The notes below the pieces were generated by a model, which did not search any database, was not told where the DNA came from, and saw nothing but the letters and a program-made list of their open reading frames with translations. The position numbers were made by a program, and so were the translations under genes. A stretch of DNA of 64,000 nt from the NCBI GenBank assembly GCA_951406725.2, contig OX597826.1:11222001-11286000 (forward strand), read 5' to 3'. The DNA comes from Octopus vulgaris (Eukaryota). The first letter of the stretch is position 1, and every line of letters begins with the position of its first letter. Shown here piece after piece: positions 1 to 13,490 of this stretch.

Positions 1-27
1 CACATACATTTTAACAACGAAATCTTA

Positions 28-109
28 TATGGACTCCCAAGGGCCATATAGATCCCCAAGGGCCATATGGACTCCCAAGAGCCGTATAGACTCCGATTGA
101 GAACCACTG
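28..109. mobile_element. End of a hAT-like MITE with a ~19-bp internal tandem repeat
   Basis: About 3.5 copies of (at)ggactcccaagggccat at 28-94, followed by attgagaaccactg (reverse complement CAGTGGTTCTCAAT), a typical hAT-type terminal inverted repeat. The other end is outside the window. Confidence 0.45.
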
Positions 110-2366
110 CTCAAGAGAGATGATAGTTAAAATAGAGTTAAGTTTTACAATATTTAAATTCGAAATCTAATAGATATAATGATGACAGTCAGTGTGACGT
201 AAGTTCCTAGTGAAAAGAATTGGCAACTAATTTTGATTCTCTGTTTTATGTATTTCATGCACTGAGTTAAATAATGAGTATGCGCATGGCATAAGCGTCA
301 CTCTTCCTCTTTCGCTATCTCCAAAGCTAATAATATTGATCAGCCGTTGATGAAGAATACTTATCAGTCATCATGAAATCATGAAAGATCAAATAATTGA
401 CTCTGTTTATTACAGTAACGAATGGAATAATTAATATTTATCCTAATCCTTTTCAATTACTTCAGCACTCAAATTATCTCAGACATGTCCGAAGCCTCTG
501 TCTACATAACATATCGATTGAATATTATATTAATTTACAATGAAAGCCTCAAACACATTCAGCTTTATTCATATCCGTTAAAAGCCCAGTTAGGCTTTGC
601 AACCAGTCACGACAAGCTACATATTTCACGCTGAACATAAGAACATGATTGAAATATTAAATAAATTCAATATGATGTAAGCCATTATTCCATTATGATC
701 TAAATTATATAAATTTATCGCTTATAGAAGTACGCCATCCTCATGACAAACGACAGTTAACATTAAACTGTAATTAAAAATATTTATGTAGTGAAGAAAG
801 AAAGAACATTAGTTCAATAATTAATATTACATTAAGGAAATACAGGAGACACTTCTGGGCATTCTTCGGCTTTATTGGTTCTTTTATTAGATCTTATCAA
901 CTTTTACCAGTCTCTTGTTTATCCCCTGTTAGACCTGGACAAGCAGACCTATAACCAACAGCATTGCATCCCTGAATATCGCGTCATATTTCAGGTATTG
1001 CGTATCCAGGCCATTACAATTCAATGTGTCTTAACGATAACAGGAAGTATTTTGAGGTAGATTTAGTTGATACTTGTACCAGGGGAAGCAATTACGAAAA
1101 TGCTTCCCCGTTGCCCCAGGGTTTGTCAATGTTCGGTCTACAGATGATCTAGACTTCGATTATAATACTTCAGCAGACATCGGACATAACGACAGAGCTG
1201 GCTGGGCTCTATAAAATCTTACCTCATTTCCCTTCTTGTAGTGGCAACATTTGCGAAGGCAGACAGAGCATAAAAGACATCTTCATCTTGGCAATCGAAT
1301 CTATGAAGGTATTAACAACTGGTGATTTCCAGGGCAACACCAACAATGTTAAGACTGAATGCAGCATCGTATTACTTAGACAACAAATACTGGACAGTAA
1401 GGGGAGAAATGTGCACACCCTATACATAGTCTAAAGAGACTAATAAAAATAACTTGAGAGTAGGTGCGAAAGTCTTGAATAATTACTCTGCTGGATCAAT
1501 TTAAATAAACTGAACGAGAAACATCATATCAGCAGAAATTTATACTTAGTTATATATCCTACAATTTACAAGAAAACCAACGACATTGACAGAAATAGTA
1601 GCCTCTCCTGGACATTTGAGATACGTCTTTATTTAGAAAATAGCTACAAAATACCTGATTCATAAAAAGGATAAGGATGATGTTAAGCCACCACTATCAT
1701 AGGATAGAAATTATCGACTGTATTATACTAGCATTAGCTTCCTGAAATTTCCCACAAATTAAAACCTTTCTATGAGATATAACATTGCTACTAAACGTAC
1801 TTACAATGCTATCTGCAAGAAGCGTTGGTCTGATAGTCGTAAAAAAAAAACGCATGTGAGAACCAGAACGTATTCACGTCTTTAAAAATAAAATTTACTG
1901 GAGGAACATTCAAATAGAAACAAAGGGTGGAGCGAAGATGATAGAACAGATATGTTTTATGGGAAAGGGAACACCAGTTGTACAGTAATATTTTAATCAT
2001 CACTTCACCAAACTTTACTCACATCAGTAAATCATTATTTGTTGTTCTAATATGAGAACGACAAGTTCCTAGCGGGTCATAAACGACGTATTCGGTGTCT
2101 GTAGCTGATAAAAACAGAATAAGGCAGAAACGCGTGTTATACTGCGTCGATGACATCGTTCAAAGTCTAGCAAAATGTACTTCCACACATTCACACGCAT
2201 TATCTATAAGAAAGATTTCTTTCTTGAGACAGCTTCCGTAGCGATGGTCTTTCTACATTTTAGTGTACACGAAATGTTGTAATGCAACTGTACGTAATTT
2301 CCTTTTAATCAACCTACTGCACTTCTCTCTATATAAATATGTGTGTGTGTGTGTGTGTATGTATAT

Positions 2367-2753
2367 ACTCTCTTTTACTCTTTTACTTGTTTCAGTCATT
2401 TGACTGCGGCCATGCTTGAGCACCGCCTTTAATCGAGCAAATCGACCCCAGGGCTTATTCTTTGTAAGCGTAGTACTTAGTCTATCGGTCTCTTTTGCCG
2501 AACCGCTGAGTTACGGGGACGTGAACACACCACCATCGGTTGTCAAGCGATGTTGGGGGGACAAACACATAAACACACACATACATACATATATATACAT
2601 ATACACGACGGGATTTTTTCCGTCTATCAAATCCATTCACAAGGCTTTGGTCGGACCCAGGGTATAATAGAAGACACTTGCCCAAGGTGCCACGCAGTGG
2701 GACTGAACCCGGAACCATGTGGTTGGTAAGCAAGCTACTTACCACACAGCCAC
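2367..2753 (-). mobile_element. tRNA-derived SINE, family A (octopus OK-like), with an internal TA/TG microsatellite
   Basis: The reverse complement reads GTGGCTGTGTGGTAAG (A box) ... GGTTCAGTCCC (B box), then the conserved body and a tail ending GAAACAAGTAAAAGAGTAAAAGAG. Near-identical copies occur elsewhere in the window. Confidence 0.85.
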
Positions 2754-3550
2754 ACATGTATGTATATATATATATGTGTGTGTGTATATATATATAAATG
2801 ACTAAGTTATCTTGTACTGCTACAGTTGTTTCATTAACAGTTTTTATTGTCCCGCAATACAGTCACTTATGCAGTATGTACAACGTCCATAACATTACGT
2901 AATATTTTACGCAACTCCCAACTCATTAGGCTCACCAAATATATAAGCTCATCAACAATATGCAATTCATATGCAAGTGGAATTTCGAATCAGAATTACC
3001 AACATTTAGGAAATGTAAAAGCGAGTGGGACTATAATCAGTCAACCAAGAAGGCTAGCAGAAATAAATTGTGAATTAGAGAATAGTTAAGAAGCATATTT
3101 AATCTAAAAATGTTATTAAACTTAGCGACATCACTCATAAAAGCTGGCACAAGAAAAAAAAAAGCTTACATGCTAGAAGATAGCAAAGCATCAAACATGG
3201 TATTTGACCTTATTAAAACATTTTAAAGTCAGTTGGCGGCGTTGTTCTAGAAAGAAAAAAAAAACAAGACAAGAAAAAAGAAACAAATCTTTGTGTTATA
3301 TTGTTTAGTACCGCAAAGGAGTGATATGGTTAATAAATTCAAAAGTTACTTATTCATTTATTTAATTCATATTGATTAAAGTGCGTCGATTAATCATTAT
3401 AGAACTAATAGAATATAAACTTTAATCATGGTAGATCCAGCTGTGGTAATGGATCTACTTAACTGTTTGATTCGTGTCTTTCTGTCTACCCGTCAATTAT
3501 ATCGTGCTTCAGCTCTAATGAATTCCCTTCTTATCAAATCTATCTATCTA

Positions 3551-3847
3551 GAGTTACTTACTTGCAAATACATGTGTTAACATGTCACATTATTGACCGA
3601 GGTTACCGTGGTCTTTTCCGTAGGCTTTTCTTTCCACGGATAAACCTTATCTGTTTCCGCCTTTACACTTTACATTATGACATCTCTGTGATACACGATC
3701 CCTATTGATCGATTTTAATCTTCTCTTTCCTTTTTACTATCCCTTTTGATCGAAAACCTACCCCACCTTTTTTCTCCCCAAAAAGGAAAGCTCTACTTTG
3801 TAATCTATCCCGTCTGTGTTCAGCCCTGTGTGGCTAATAAAGAAACA
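3551..3847 (+). mobile_element. 5'-truncated Tx1/L1-like LINE 3'UTR flanked by (TATC)n
   Basis: Homologous to 4080-4480 and 50446-50599. It ends ...cagccctgtgtggctAATAAAgaaac, is followed by (ATCT)n and is preceded by tctatctatcta. Confidence 0.6.
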
Positions 3848-3928
<81 letters not shown>

Positions 3929-3929
<1 letters not shown>

Positions 3930-4479
3930 AGTACCACTTGAAACGGAAAGTGAGAGTAGAGAGGCAAGTTTTGTCTAGCGAATGTTTTAAAAAAAGATGG
4001 GTGAATGCAGCAAGGATGGCACGTATGAATGACGAAGCCACCTTGAGCATAATCCTATGAACCCAGAAATTGAAAACAGAGGGTTACCCACTTGCAAACA
4101 AATGTGGTAACAATATTGACCAAGGTTACCGTGGTCTTTTTCGTAGGCTTTTCTTCCCACGGATAAACCTTACTTGCTTTCCCCTTTACACCATACATCA
4201 TGACACTGTGATACACGATCCCTATTGATCGTTTTTTTCTTCCTCTCCCCCTTTTTTCCTCTTTTTTCTTCTCTTTTCATTTTTCTTTTCTTTTTTTCCC
4301 TTTTTTCTTTTTTTCTTTTCCTTTTTTTCTCTTTTTTTCTTTTTTTTTGTTCTTTTTTCCCTTTTACGATCCCTTTTGATCGAAAACCTACGCCAACTTT
4401 TTTTTTTCTCCTCCAAAAGAAAAGCTCTACCTTGTAACTTGTCCCATCTGTGTGCAGCCCTGTGTGGCAATAAAGAAGC

Positions 4480-4480
<1 letters not shown>
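3929..4480 (+). mobile_element. 5'-truncated Tx1/L1-like LINE: ORF2 C-terminus plus 3'UTR, embedded in (TATC)n
   Basis: Directly after the TATC tract it encodes KYHLKRKVRVERQVLSSECFKKRWVNAARMARMNDEATLSIIL* (stop 4058-4060), resembling the F..RW C-terminal end of L1/Tx1 ORF2. A pyrimidine-rich 3'UTR and AATAAA follow, then (TATC)n resumes. Confidence 0.6.
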
Positions 4481-4569
<89 letters not shown>

Positions 4570-4709
4570 GTCTGTCTGTCTGTCTGCATGCCTGCCTGTC
4601 TGTCTGTCTGTCTATATATATTCGTGTGAATTCATATTTACACGGTTGAGCACACTTGGAAGTATGAAGAACTGCTGCGAATAGAGGACGTTTGAAATAC
4701 ATAACTGTA

Positions 4710-4943
4710 AATGACGTCATTGGAGCTTAGGAGTCATGCGTCAGTTCTTTCGCATCGTCTGCTACTAACACCATTCTCGGCTCGATAACAACGAATCTTT
4801 TCTTATATTGCCATATGAGAAAATGCACTGGGCTCTGAATTACGCCTTTGGATGGTAGTTCAGATTCGCTCATATCGGGCCGTGAATGACAGGTTTGCGA
4901 AAGAACGCAGACATGCATGCGTCCTACATCCAGTAACGTCATT
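4710..4943. repeat. Degenerate inverted repeat (old MITE-like element)
   Basis: aatgacgtcattggagcttaggagtcatgcgtcagttctttcgca (about 4710-4755) pairs imperfectly with tgcgaaagaacgcagacatgcatgcgtcctacatccagtaacgtcatt (about 4896-4943). Confidence 0.5.
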
Positions 4944-5149
4944 CAATGCTGAATATGTTTCCACGCTTGTTGTCTAAGAGTCCCTGATGTCTTAGCCAAA
5001 GAAGGTACCCATCTTCAATCCCTTTCAATCGCATCAACCACAACCTGAGTGTGCTTTAGGTTGTTAAATATTTTCGGAGGTCGATAAATAAAATACCAGT
5101 CAAATGCGGAGGTTGATTCGTCTTTCATTCTTTCTTTCTTTCTTTCTTT

Positions 5150-5483
5150 TATTCTTTTATTTCTTTGTCATTTGACTGCGGCCATGCTGGGGCACCGCCT
5201 TTAGTCGAGCAAATCGACTCCAGGACTTATTCTTTGTAAGCCTAGTACTTATTCTATCGGTCTTTTTGCCGAACCGCTAAGTGACGGGGACTTAAACACA
5301 CCAGCATCGGTTGTCAAGCGATGTTGGGGGAACAAACACAGACACACAAACATATACACACACATACATATATATATATACGTATATACGACGGGCTCCT
5401 TGCCCAAGGTACCATGCAGTAGGACTGAACCCGGAAACATGTGGTTGGTAAGCAAGCTACTTACCACACAGCCACCCCTGCGC
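5150..5483 (-). mobile_element. SINE family A copy with an internal deletion
   Basis: Same head and tail as 2367-2753, but lacks the gaccaaagccttgtgagtggatttgg segment. Confidence 0.85.
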
Positions 5484-5871
5484 TTTAATTATAAATATTT
5501 TGTGTAGTGCTGTTTTCTTGCTTTTTCTGACACTTTGGATTTATTGTTTCGCACTTCATTAATGGTTCCGCGGATTTGACATACATATCCCCCAAATTTA
5601 CACTTACACACACACAAACACACACACAAACACACACACATACACACACACGCACGCACAGATACACTGCCCACAAATATACACATGCATATATGCGACA
5701 AACGTGCGGGTAGTTTCTATCTACATTTCACACATTAGGTATTGGGCAACCTAAGACAAGAGCAATAAACGCTTTGCCAAGCGAAGTGCCATATGAACTG
5801 AAAGTATTTAGTCGCGAAGCGAACTTGTTTACCAAACAGCTATATTGACGCTGTTAATGTATATTCAATAG

Positions 5872-6197
5872 TGTGAAGGCGCGTGGCTCAGGTGGTTAGG
5901 GCATTCGGCTCACGATTGTAAGGTTGTGAGTTCCATTCCCGGCGACGCGTTGTTTCCTTGAGCAAGACACTTTATTTCACGCTGCTCCAGTCCACTCAGC
6001 TGGCAAAAATGAGTTGTACCTGTATTTCAAAGGACCAGCCTTGTCACACTCTGTGTCACGCTGAATCTCCCTGAGAACTACGTTAAGGGTACGTGTGTCT
6101 GTGGATTGCTCAGTCACTTGTACGTTAATTTCACGAGCAAGCTGTTCCGTTGATCGCATCAGCTGCGACCCTCGTCGTCGTAACCGACGGAGTGCTC
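5872..6197 (+). mobile_element. tRNA-derived SINE with a CORE-like central domain (family C)
   Basis: A box TGGCTCAGGTGG and B box GTTCCATTCC, then gttgtttccttgagcaagacactttatttcacgctgctccagtccactcagctgg, which resembles the CORE/V-type SINE central domain. Degenerate relatives lie near 15240-15520, 53600-53730 and 61400-61510. Confidence 0.7.
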
Positions 6198-7644
6198 CTT
6201 TTTTATTCTATAGTTCTCCTACATTAAACTTGCAGAAAGATCACTCTCCATGTGGCTTTCTGATAGTCGATAAATAATGCACTTTTGATTACCGATTTAT
6301 GTAATTTCTGTGGTTTCACGTCTAATTTTTCTTTGTATCCTTTATTCCTGTAATAGTTCTCACTCGCTCAGTAAATGAATTTAGAATATTAAGTACTGAA
6401 AGACAACATTAGAATTTATGTAGAAATCAGGTATTATGTTGACTTAGCCACGTAGAAGTCCTCAGTTTATCGTCCTCAACAACAAGTGACAAATATTAAA
6501 CAATGTTAGAATCAATATAGTTTCGCTGACTTGGATTAAACTTATAATTTGGTAAAATATGTCTGTAGAAAGTAGCGTTGTAAATATTTGGGCGCCCATT
6601 ATACTTCAAGAAAAAGACTAACCAGAGATAGTGAAAATTCTATCTCGTGTGTACGATGGTTGAGTCGTCGCAGTGAACAAAAGTTGATTTTGTGATTGAA
6701 TCGTATTTTGATAGAAATATATTAAAATAGGAATTTATAAAAAAATGTTCTACACAGTGTAGATTTAAATAATTGCTTTCTTTTAGTAAAAGTCACATAC
6801 TCCAAACTAATTAATAAGCAGCTTTCTTGATAATAGAATAGATTATGGATAAACCGGTCGTAATAGTGCTACCGCTTTTCGAATCTGTCACTCTTGTATC
6901 CTGATACATTTGATTGATTACTTATCATCCATTTATATCATTCGACTACAGCTTTCAATGTTCCGTTGATATGAACCAGCTAAAACAAACAAACATGCTG
7001 CTTTCAGAAGATTATTTTATGTGTGAATTTCTACATTTACATATTTTCAACGTCCATTTTGTCTTATTATTTCCAAATGGAATTATGTTGGCTTAAAAGA
7101 ATGCTCCGAAAACCTCATTTTATTCGGAAATCTCCGCTCTCTATCTCAGCTAATCCATCTTTAGAATAAAGTCGTATGTCTAGGTCTTTCTTTCGTACTG
7201 TGGCTGCATACAGAACATATTGTCTTAATGTTAGATTAAGTGCTTATTGAGATAAATGCTGAATATCAGATAGTGAAGTGAATAGATTTGATGTCGTATC
7301 ATGTGGCTTTTCTGTTCAAATTCTGCCAGGTAGCCACCATATTGTTACATCATACTCAGTCATCTATATATATAATGTATAATTATTGCTAATTACATAT
7401 AACTTCCACACAGATTCCGTCAACCAAATTCGCTCACAAATTATTGGTCGACACGGGATTACATTACAGGACATTAACCCAAATTATCGCGCAATGAGAT
7501 CAAACCCGAAACCACAGGGCTGCAAAGCGAGCCGTCTTAATCACACGGCCATGACTATATATAATGTATAATTATGGCTAATTAGCAAAAGGCATTCGAT
7601 AGAATACCTTTCGATATGGGTTACTTATCTTTACATTCTAACGC

Positions 7645-7902
7645 CCCAAACCCCTCTAAATTCCTCTCAATACATGGCTGTGATGCTATCCCACTACGTC
7701 TCTTAGTGATCAGAGACGCACATATCGTCAGCCACTAAGTGACATGCTCAACTGGTTAAGGTCAAACAACTGACAAGTAAATCTGTGGTATTGAGCAGAA
7801 TATTTGCTGTAGGCCATCTTTTATACCAAGACAAAACAATGTACATGATGACACTTCCAATCAGTTAAGATCAGAAGCCACGAGAGCCACTGCCTGGTAC
7901 TG

Positions 7903-7906
<4 letters not shown>
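7645..7906 (-). mobile_element. 5' half of a ~520-bp non-autonomous element found in trinucleotide repeats
   Basis: The reverse complement matches 27678-27935. Confidence 0.75.
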
Positions 7907-8334
<428 letters not shown>

Positions 8335-8705
8335 GAGTGAGAGAACAGTTCATGCCATCAAAGTGACACTGGGGTAAAATATACGAAGCCCAGAATACCC
8401 ATCATGACTACCTGTCTGATAAGTCTACACCAGGCACATGTATCACAACCATATGTGCGCAACATGGTGATCTCATATCAAGATAAGCAGCAGGTGGGGC
8501 CCAGTTAGAGTTTTCTTCTGGTCGAGTAGCCTATCCTGCTCAAAAGGTCCTTGAATAAGGATTGTTTAAGGATGTTGAACGAACCACCCATATTTCCAAA
8601 GGTGAATTATCCAAACCTCCAAGAATTCCTTTCAGTACACGTCTGCTTTCAATCGGTTAAGATCAGAAGCCATGAGAGCCACTGTCTGGTACTGCATCAG
8701 GGCAT
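8335..8705 (-). mobile_element. Internally deleted copy of the ~520-bp element
   Basis: Matches both ends of 27678-28196 with roughly 200 bp missing near 8640. Its 3' end runs into (TAA)n. Confidence 0.75.
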
Positions 8706-8736
8706 CCTTCTTCTTCTTCTTCTTCTTCTTCTTCTT

Positions 8737-8843
<107 letters not shown>

Positions 8844-8895
8844 CATCATCATCATCATCATCATCATTATCATCACCATCATCACCACCACCACC

Positions 8896-8978
<83 letters not shown>

Positions 8979-8984
8979 TATTAT

Positions 8985-9540
8985 TCAGAAGTCTTATTTT
9001 TATTGCATGCTTTCACTGCGTTACCGAGCGCAGCCCTGTCTGCCTTGGGTATGTGCTGTGGTTTGTTGTGGCCTTCTTATTTTCACTGTATTGAAAGTGC
9101 TGTAAGTAGGATGTCTGCGGTGCCTAGTAATGCTATTTTTTGTACGTTATATACACTTGTAAGTCCTGGTCTTTTGGCTATGCGTTTGTCTGAACGTTTT
9201 GCTTTCTTTTATCATACGTAATGCGCCTACCATTATAGGAACTGTTTCTGTTTTTAGGCTCCACCTTCAAGCTACCTTTATTTCTAGATATTCGTATTTC
9301 GAAAGATTCTCTGTTTCTTTCAGAGAAACGTTGTTATCTATTGGTATTGTTACATCTATTAGAAGGCATCTTTTTTCCTTTGTGATCTCTGACAACTATA
9401 TCGGTCTTCTTACCTTGATTTCTCTATCTGTGTGTATTGGTATATCACAGAGTATGTTTGCTTTCTCATTTTCTGTGACATCATTTTTTTGTGTTGTCAT
9501 TTCATAGTGTTGCCATAACGTCCCGTGTATGTAGGTCCTT
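8985..9540 (-). pseudogene. Degraded R4/Dong-like LINE 3' fragment (restriction-like endonuclease domain)
   Basis: The minus strand encodes VTENEKANILCDIPIHTDREIK..., LLIDVTIPIDNNVSLKETENLSKYEYLEIKVA*RWSLKTETVPIMVGAL and QKIALLGTADIL, with stops and frameshifts. This is the PD-(D/E)xK-type RLE C-terminus of R2-superfamily (R4/Dong) elements. The 3' end lies in a TAA/TGA repeat. Confidence 0.8.
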
Positions 9541-9723
9541 TATTATCATCATCATCATCACCACCACCACTGCTATCATCATCAACATCATCATCATCAT
9601 CATCATCGTCATCGTCATCATCATCATCATCATCATCATCATCGTCATCATCATCATCATCGTCATCATCATCACCACCACCACCACCACCACCACCACC
9701 ACCATCATCATCATTATCATCAC

Positions 9724-9754
<31 letters not shown>

Positions 9755-9755
<1 letters not shown>

Positions 9756-10264
9756 TATGTTTGACTTTTGCTTTATATTTGTACAAGTTGGCTCCAAGTC
9801 TCACCCAGAGACCTCAAGAGACAACAGGGTTGGAAGTTCATGTTGTTGTTATGCCTAGTGTGCCATATATTTGGGGGTGGGGATGTTGTACTAATGAATG
9901 TCTAAAAAAAAAAAAGATTTTTTTTTTTTTTTTTTTTTAAACCGAAAATTATGTTTGTTTTAAACCTTGAGATTACATAGAGTATTTTGCGTAGGATATG
10001 AGCAGTTCCCATGAGCACTATCTTTTGAACTTCTGCCATTTTTGGGTTTCCTGGTATCTGAGTTAGGTAGCTATCAGCCCCTTTTGCTATCATTCCCAGG
10101 GCACCTATGACAACAGGTATTGTTTTAGTCTTCAGCTTCCACATTTTGCTGATTTCTATTTCAAGATCTTTATATTTGCTCAGTTTTTGGTAGGTCTTGA
10201 CAGATACGTTTATATCGATTGGGACAGTCATATCAATGAGGAGGCATGTTCTTTGTTTGAAGTC

Positions 10265-10266
<2 letters not shown>
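9755..10266 (-). mobile_element. 5'-truncated R4/Dong-like LINE (RLE C-terminus plus 3'UTR) inserted in (TAA)n
   Basis: Encodes KDFKQRTCLLIDMTVPIDINVSVKTYQKLSKYKDLEIEISKMWKLKTKTIPVVIGALG...QKIVLMGTAHILRKIL (K..KY..L and P(V/I)VIGALG RLE motifs). The 3'UTR contains ctcttgaggtctctgggtgagacttgg, and (TAA)n lies on both sides. Confidence 0.88.
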
Positions 10267-10340
<74 letters not shown>

Positions 10341-10428
10341 ATTATTATTGCTAAGGCGGCGAGCTAGCAGAACCGTTATCTTGCTGGCTGAAATGCTTAG
10401 CGGTACTTCGCTCGTCGCTGCCGTCTAA

Positions 10429-10482
<54 letters not shown>

Positions 10483-10804
10483 TGATCCCACACATAAAAC
10501 CACTCTAAAGTGTTGAGTTTCTCATTTACTTTTCATATAATACTTGAATCTTTTTACAAATTCTTCCTGTTTCCATAGTTTTCTGTCGAACTTAATCTGT
10601 CATTTTGACAAAATTGTTTTTGTCAGTGTCTTTGATGTGTATTGTGACTATAAATATATTTCTCCCAAAATAGCAAAAAAAGTATTGATTCCATTGTTAG
10701 CCTTATTTTAAATTATCGATAAATAGATTAAGATGATTCAAAGGAATCATATCCGTTTGGTGTTCTCAGTCAGTGTGTATTAACTATATGATATTGCTGT
10801 GAAC

Positions 10805-11040
10805 AAGGCGGTGAGCTGGCAGAAACGTTAGCACGCCGGGCGAAGTGCTTAGCGGTACTTCGTCTACCGCTACGTTCTGAGTTCAAATTCCGCCGAGGTC
10901 GACTTTGCCTTTCATCCTTTCGGGGACGATTAAATAAGTACCAGTTACGTACTGGGGTCGATGTAATCGACTTAATACCTATGTCTGACCTTGTTTGTCC
11001 CCTCTGTGTTTAGCCCCTTGTGGGTAGTAAAGAAATAGAT
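10805..11040 (+). mobile_element. Meta-domain-type SINE (family B) with a Tx1-like 3' tail
   Basis: Head aaggcggtgagctggcagaaacgttagc; central gtcgactttgcctttcatcctttcgggg.cgat.aa.taagtaccag, resembling the MetaSINE domain; tail tgtcccctctgtgtttagccccttgtgggtagtaaagaaa. A 5' fragment lies at 10352-10428. Confidence 0.8.
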
Positions 11041-11648
11041 ATTGCTGTGAACATAAACCAGTAGTATGATTTCACAGAATATATATTATTTTTTTCAGAA
11101 AATCAGATTTGAAGGTGGATGTCTTCTTGTCGAAAGACGTTTTGACTCGCTTTTATCTTCCTGGAGTGGTAACATCCTCCCACCCACCGTATTATTTTGA
11201 ATAATCGTCGACCCGCAAAATCCGTTTCATTACAAATGTTTATTTAGAACGTTGTGAAAATAAATCGACTGCATTTAATTTGTTATATAATGTGCATGTA
11301 GACAGACCTTCACGTTTAACTGCTGTCTCTGAAAGAAAATTTTAATTTCCATCGACTCACGTTTTCAACTCTTTGGTCGGCAAGGGGCTGTAGTAAAAGA
11401 CATTTGCCCAATGTGCGGTGCAAGGAGACTGATCCTGAAACCAAGTAGTTGCAAAGCGAGCTTCGTAACCACACAGCTGCAACCATACAGAAGGCCTCTA
11501 TGTTGTGGGTCATCTTACTTGAAATGGTAGCTCAATCACCTTCGAATTATATTCTACCGTTTCAGAATAGAAAAGACACTCTGGAAATACAGTAGTAAAA
11601 AGGCACTACAAAAATACACTTTAGAACGGCTTTATGTATGGGATCAAA

Positions 11649-11725
<77 letters not shown>

Positions 11726-11745
11726 ATAATAATAATAATAATAAT

Positions 11746-11917
11746 AGGTGCAGGAGTGGCTGTGTGGTAAGTAGCTTGCTTGCCAACCACATGGTCATGG
11801 GTTCAGTCCCACTGCATGGCACCTTAGGCAAGTGTCTTCTACTATAGCCTCGGGCCGACCAAAGCCTTGTGAGTGGATTTGGTAGACGGAAACGGGAAGA
11901 AGCCCGTCGTATATATA

Positions 11918-11980
<63 letters not shown>

Positions 11981-12190
11981 TTGTGTGTCTGTGTTTGTCC
12001 CCACAACATCGCTTGACAATCGATGCTGGTGTGTCTACGTCCCCGTAACTTAGCGGTTCGGCAAAAGAGACCGATAGAATAAGTACTAGGCTTACACAGA
12101 ATAAGCTCTGGGGTCGATTGGCTCGATTAAAGGCGGTGCTCCAGCATGTCCGCAGTCAAATGACTGAAACAAGTAAAATGAAAGTAAAAA
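11746..12190 (+). mobile_element. SINE family A, full-length
   Basis: Head aggtgcaggagtggctgtgtggtaagtagc with A and B boxes, internal (TG)n, and tail gaaacaagtaaaa. It follows an (ACT)n/(AAT)n tract. Confidence 0.88.
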
Positions 12191-12685
12191 TAAAAATATA
12201 AGTATTTCTGAATTCCTTGATTGTGTCGATTGGAAAGTCTTTGAAATTTAAAGACTGATGTTAAACAACGACGACGACGATGACGACGATGACGATGATG
12301 GCGGCGGCGGCGGCGGCGGCGACGACGTGGGTAACAAGCGCTTCTTTGGTTTGCGGACTGAGATGAAATTGTCCAAATGAGTGCATGTGTTGAAGAAATA
12401 TTCTCACAAAGCACATGCTATTGTTGCAGCTTTATTTGGAACACCTAATTAGGGTTATTCAAGTAATTAACTTTATTAGCCTGATTGAATAATATTAATA
12501 AATACTGATTGATTTCAAACCGTTAGCATAATTACTATTTTTATTTCAACTAATTTTTATTGCCATAGAATCAATTACAAACAGTAACAAGTGTTGCTTA
12601 ATTGCAAAAGATGCTTTCGCAGTAAAAAGGCACTACAAAAATACCAATACTTACAAGCATATATGCATATGCATACATGCATATG

Positions 12686-13003
12686 TGACCACCACCACCA
12701 CCACCGTGACCGACCAGGCTATCAGATATTGCTACACATCGCTGGTCACAATGCGCTTCGCATTGTTTTAGCCTACAAATGACGCCACCCCGCTGGCTAA
12801 GCGAGCAGGCCAACAGAAGAAAGAGTGAGAGAAAGTTGTGGCGAAAGAGTACTGCAGGGATCGCCACCATCCCCTGCCGGAACCTCGTGGAGCTTTAGGT
12901 GTTTTCGCTCACTAAACACTCACAACGCCCGGTCTGGGAATCGAAACCGCGATCCTACGACTGCGAGCCCGCTGCCCTGACCACTGGGCCATTGTGCCTC
13001 CAC
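12686..13003 (-). mobile_element. tRNA-derived SINE, family D (octopus OR-like)
   Basis: The reverse complement starts gtggaggcacaaTGGCCCAGTGGtcaggg...gcgGTTTCGATTCCc (A and B boxes). The central ttcgccacaactttctctcactctt is shared with 28656-28952. It ends in (GGT)n. Confidence 0.75.
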
Positions 13004-13490
13004 ACATGCATATGTATACATATAGAAATGCATATATTATATATACATATGTATGAACATATATCGATATAGATATGCATGTGTATATGATGCCTGCATG
13101 TATGTATATTTTTATCTTTTTCTTTTATTTGTTTTTGTCATCGGCCTGTGGTCATGCTGGAGAGCCCCTTTGAAAGGTTTAAGCGAACAAATAAACCCTA
13201 TACTCATTTTTAAGTTTGGTGCTTGTTTTATCTTTTTTTCTCAATTGTTAAGTTACAAGTACGTAAACAAACCAACACCGGGTGTCAAGAGGCGGTAGTG
13301 GGTGCAAGAACAAACACATCTATGCAATGACTTCACGTTGTGTTCTTTCAGTCTACTGCGTTCACTCTTATGTTATTGGTTGGCCTGAAGCTATAGTACA
13401 AGATTTTTTACCTAATATGCCGCACAGTAGGACTGAACCCAAAACCACGTAGGCTGCAAAGCGAGCTTCGTAACCATACGTCCATGTTTC

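Noticed and set aside
5872-5945. tRNA-like sequences with A/B boxes (also at 12930-13003, 28880-28952 and the family A heads)
   Set aside because: These are SINE heads that continue into repeat bodies, with no complete cloverleaf or terminator.
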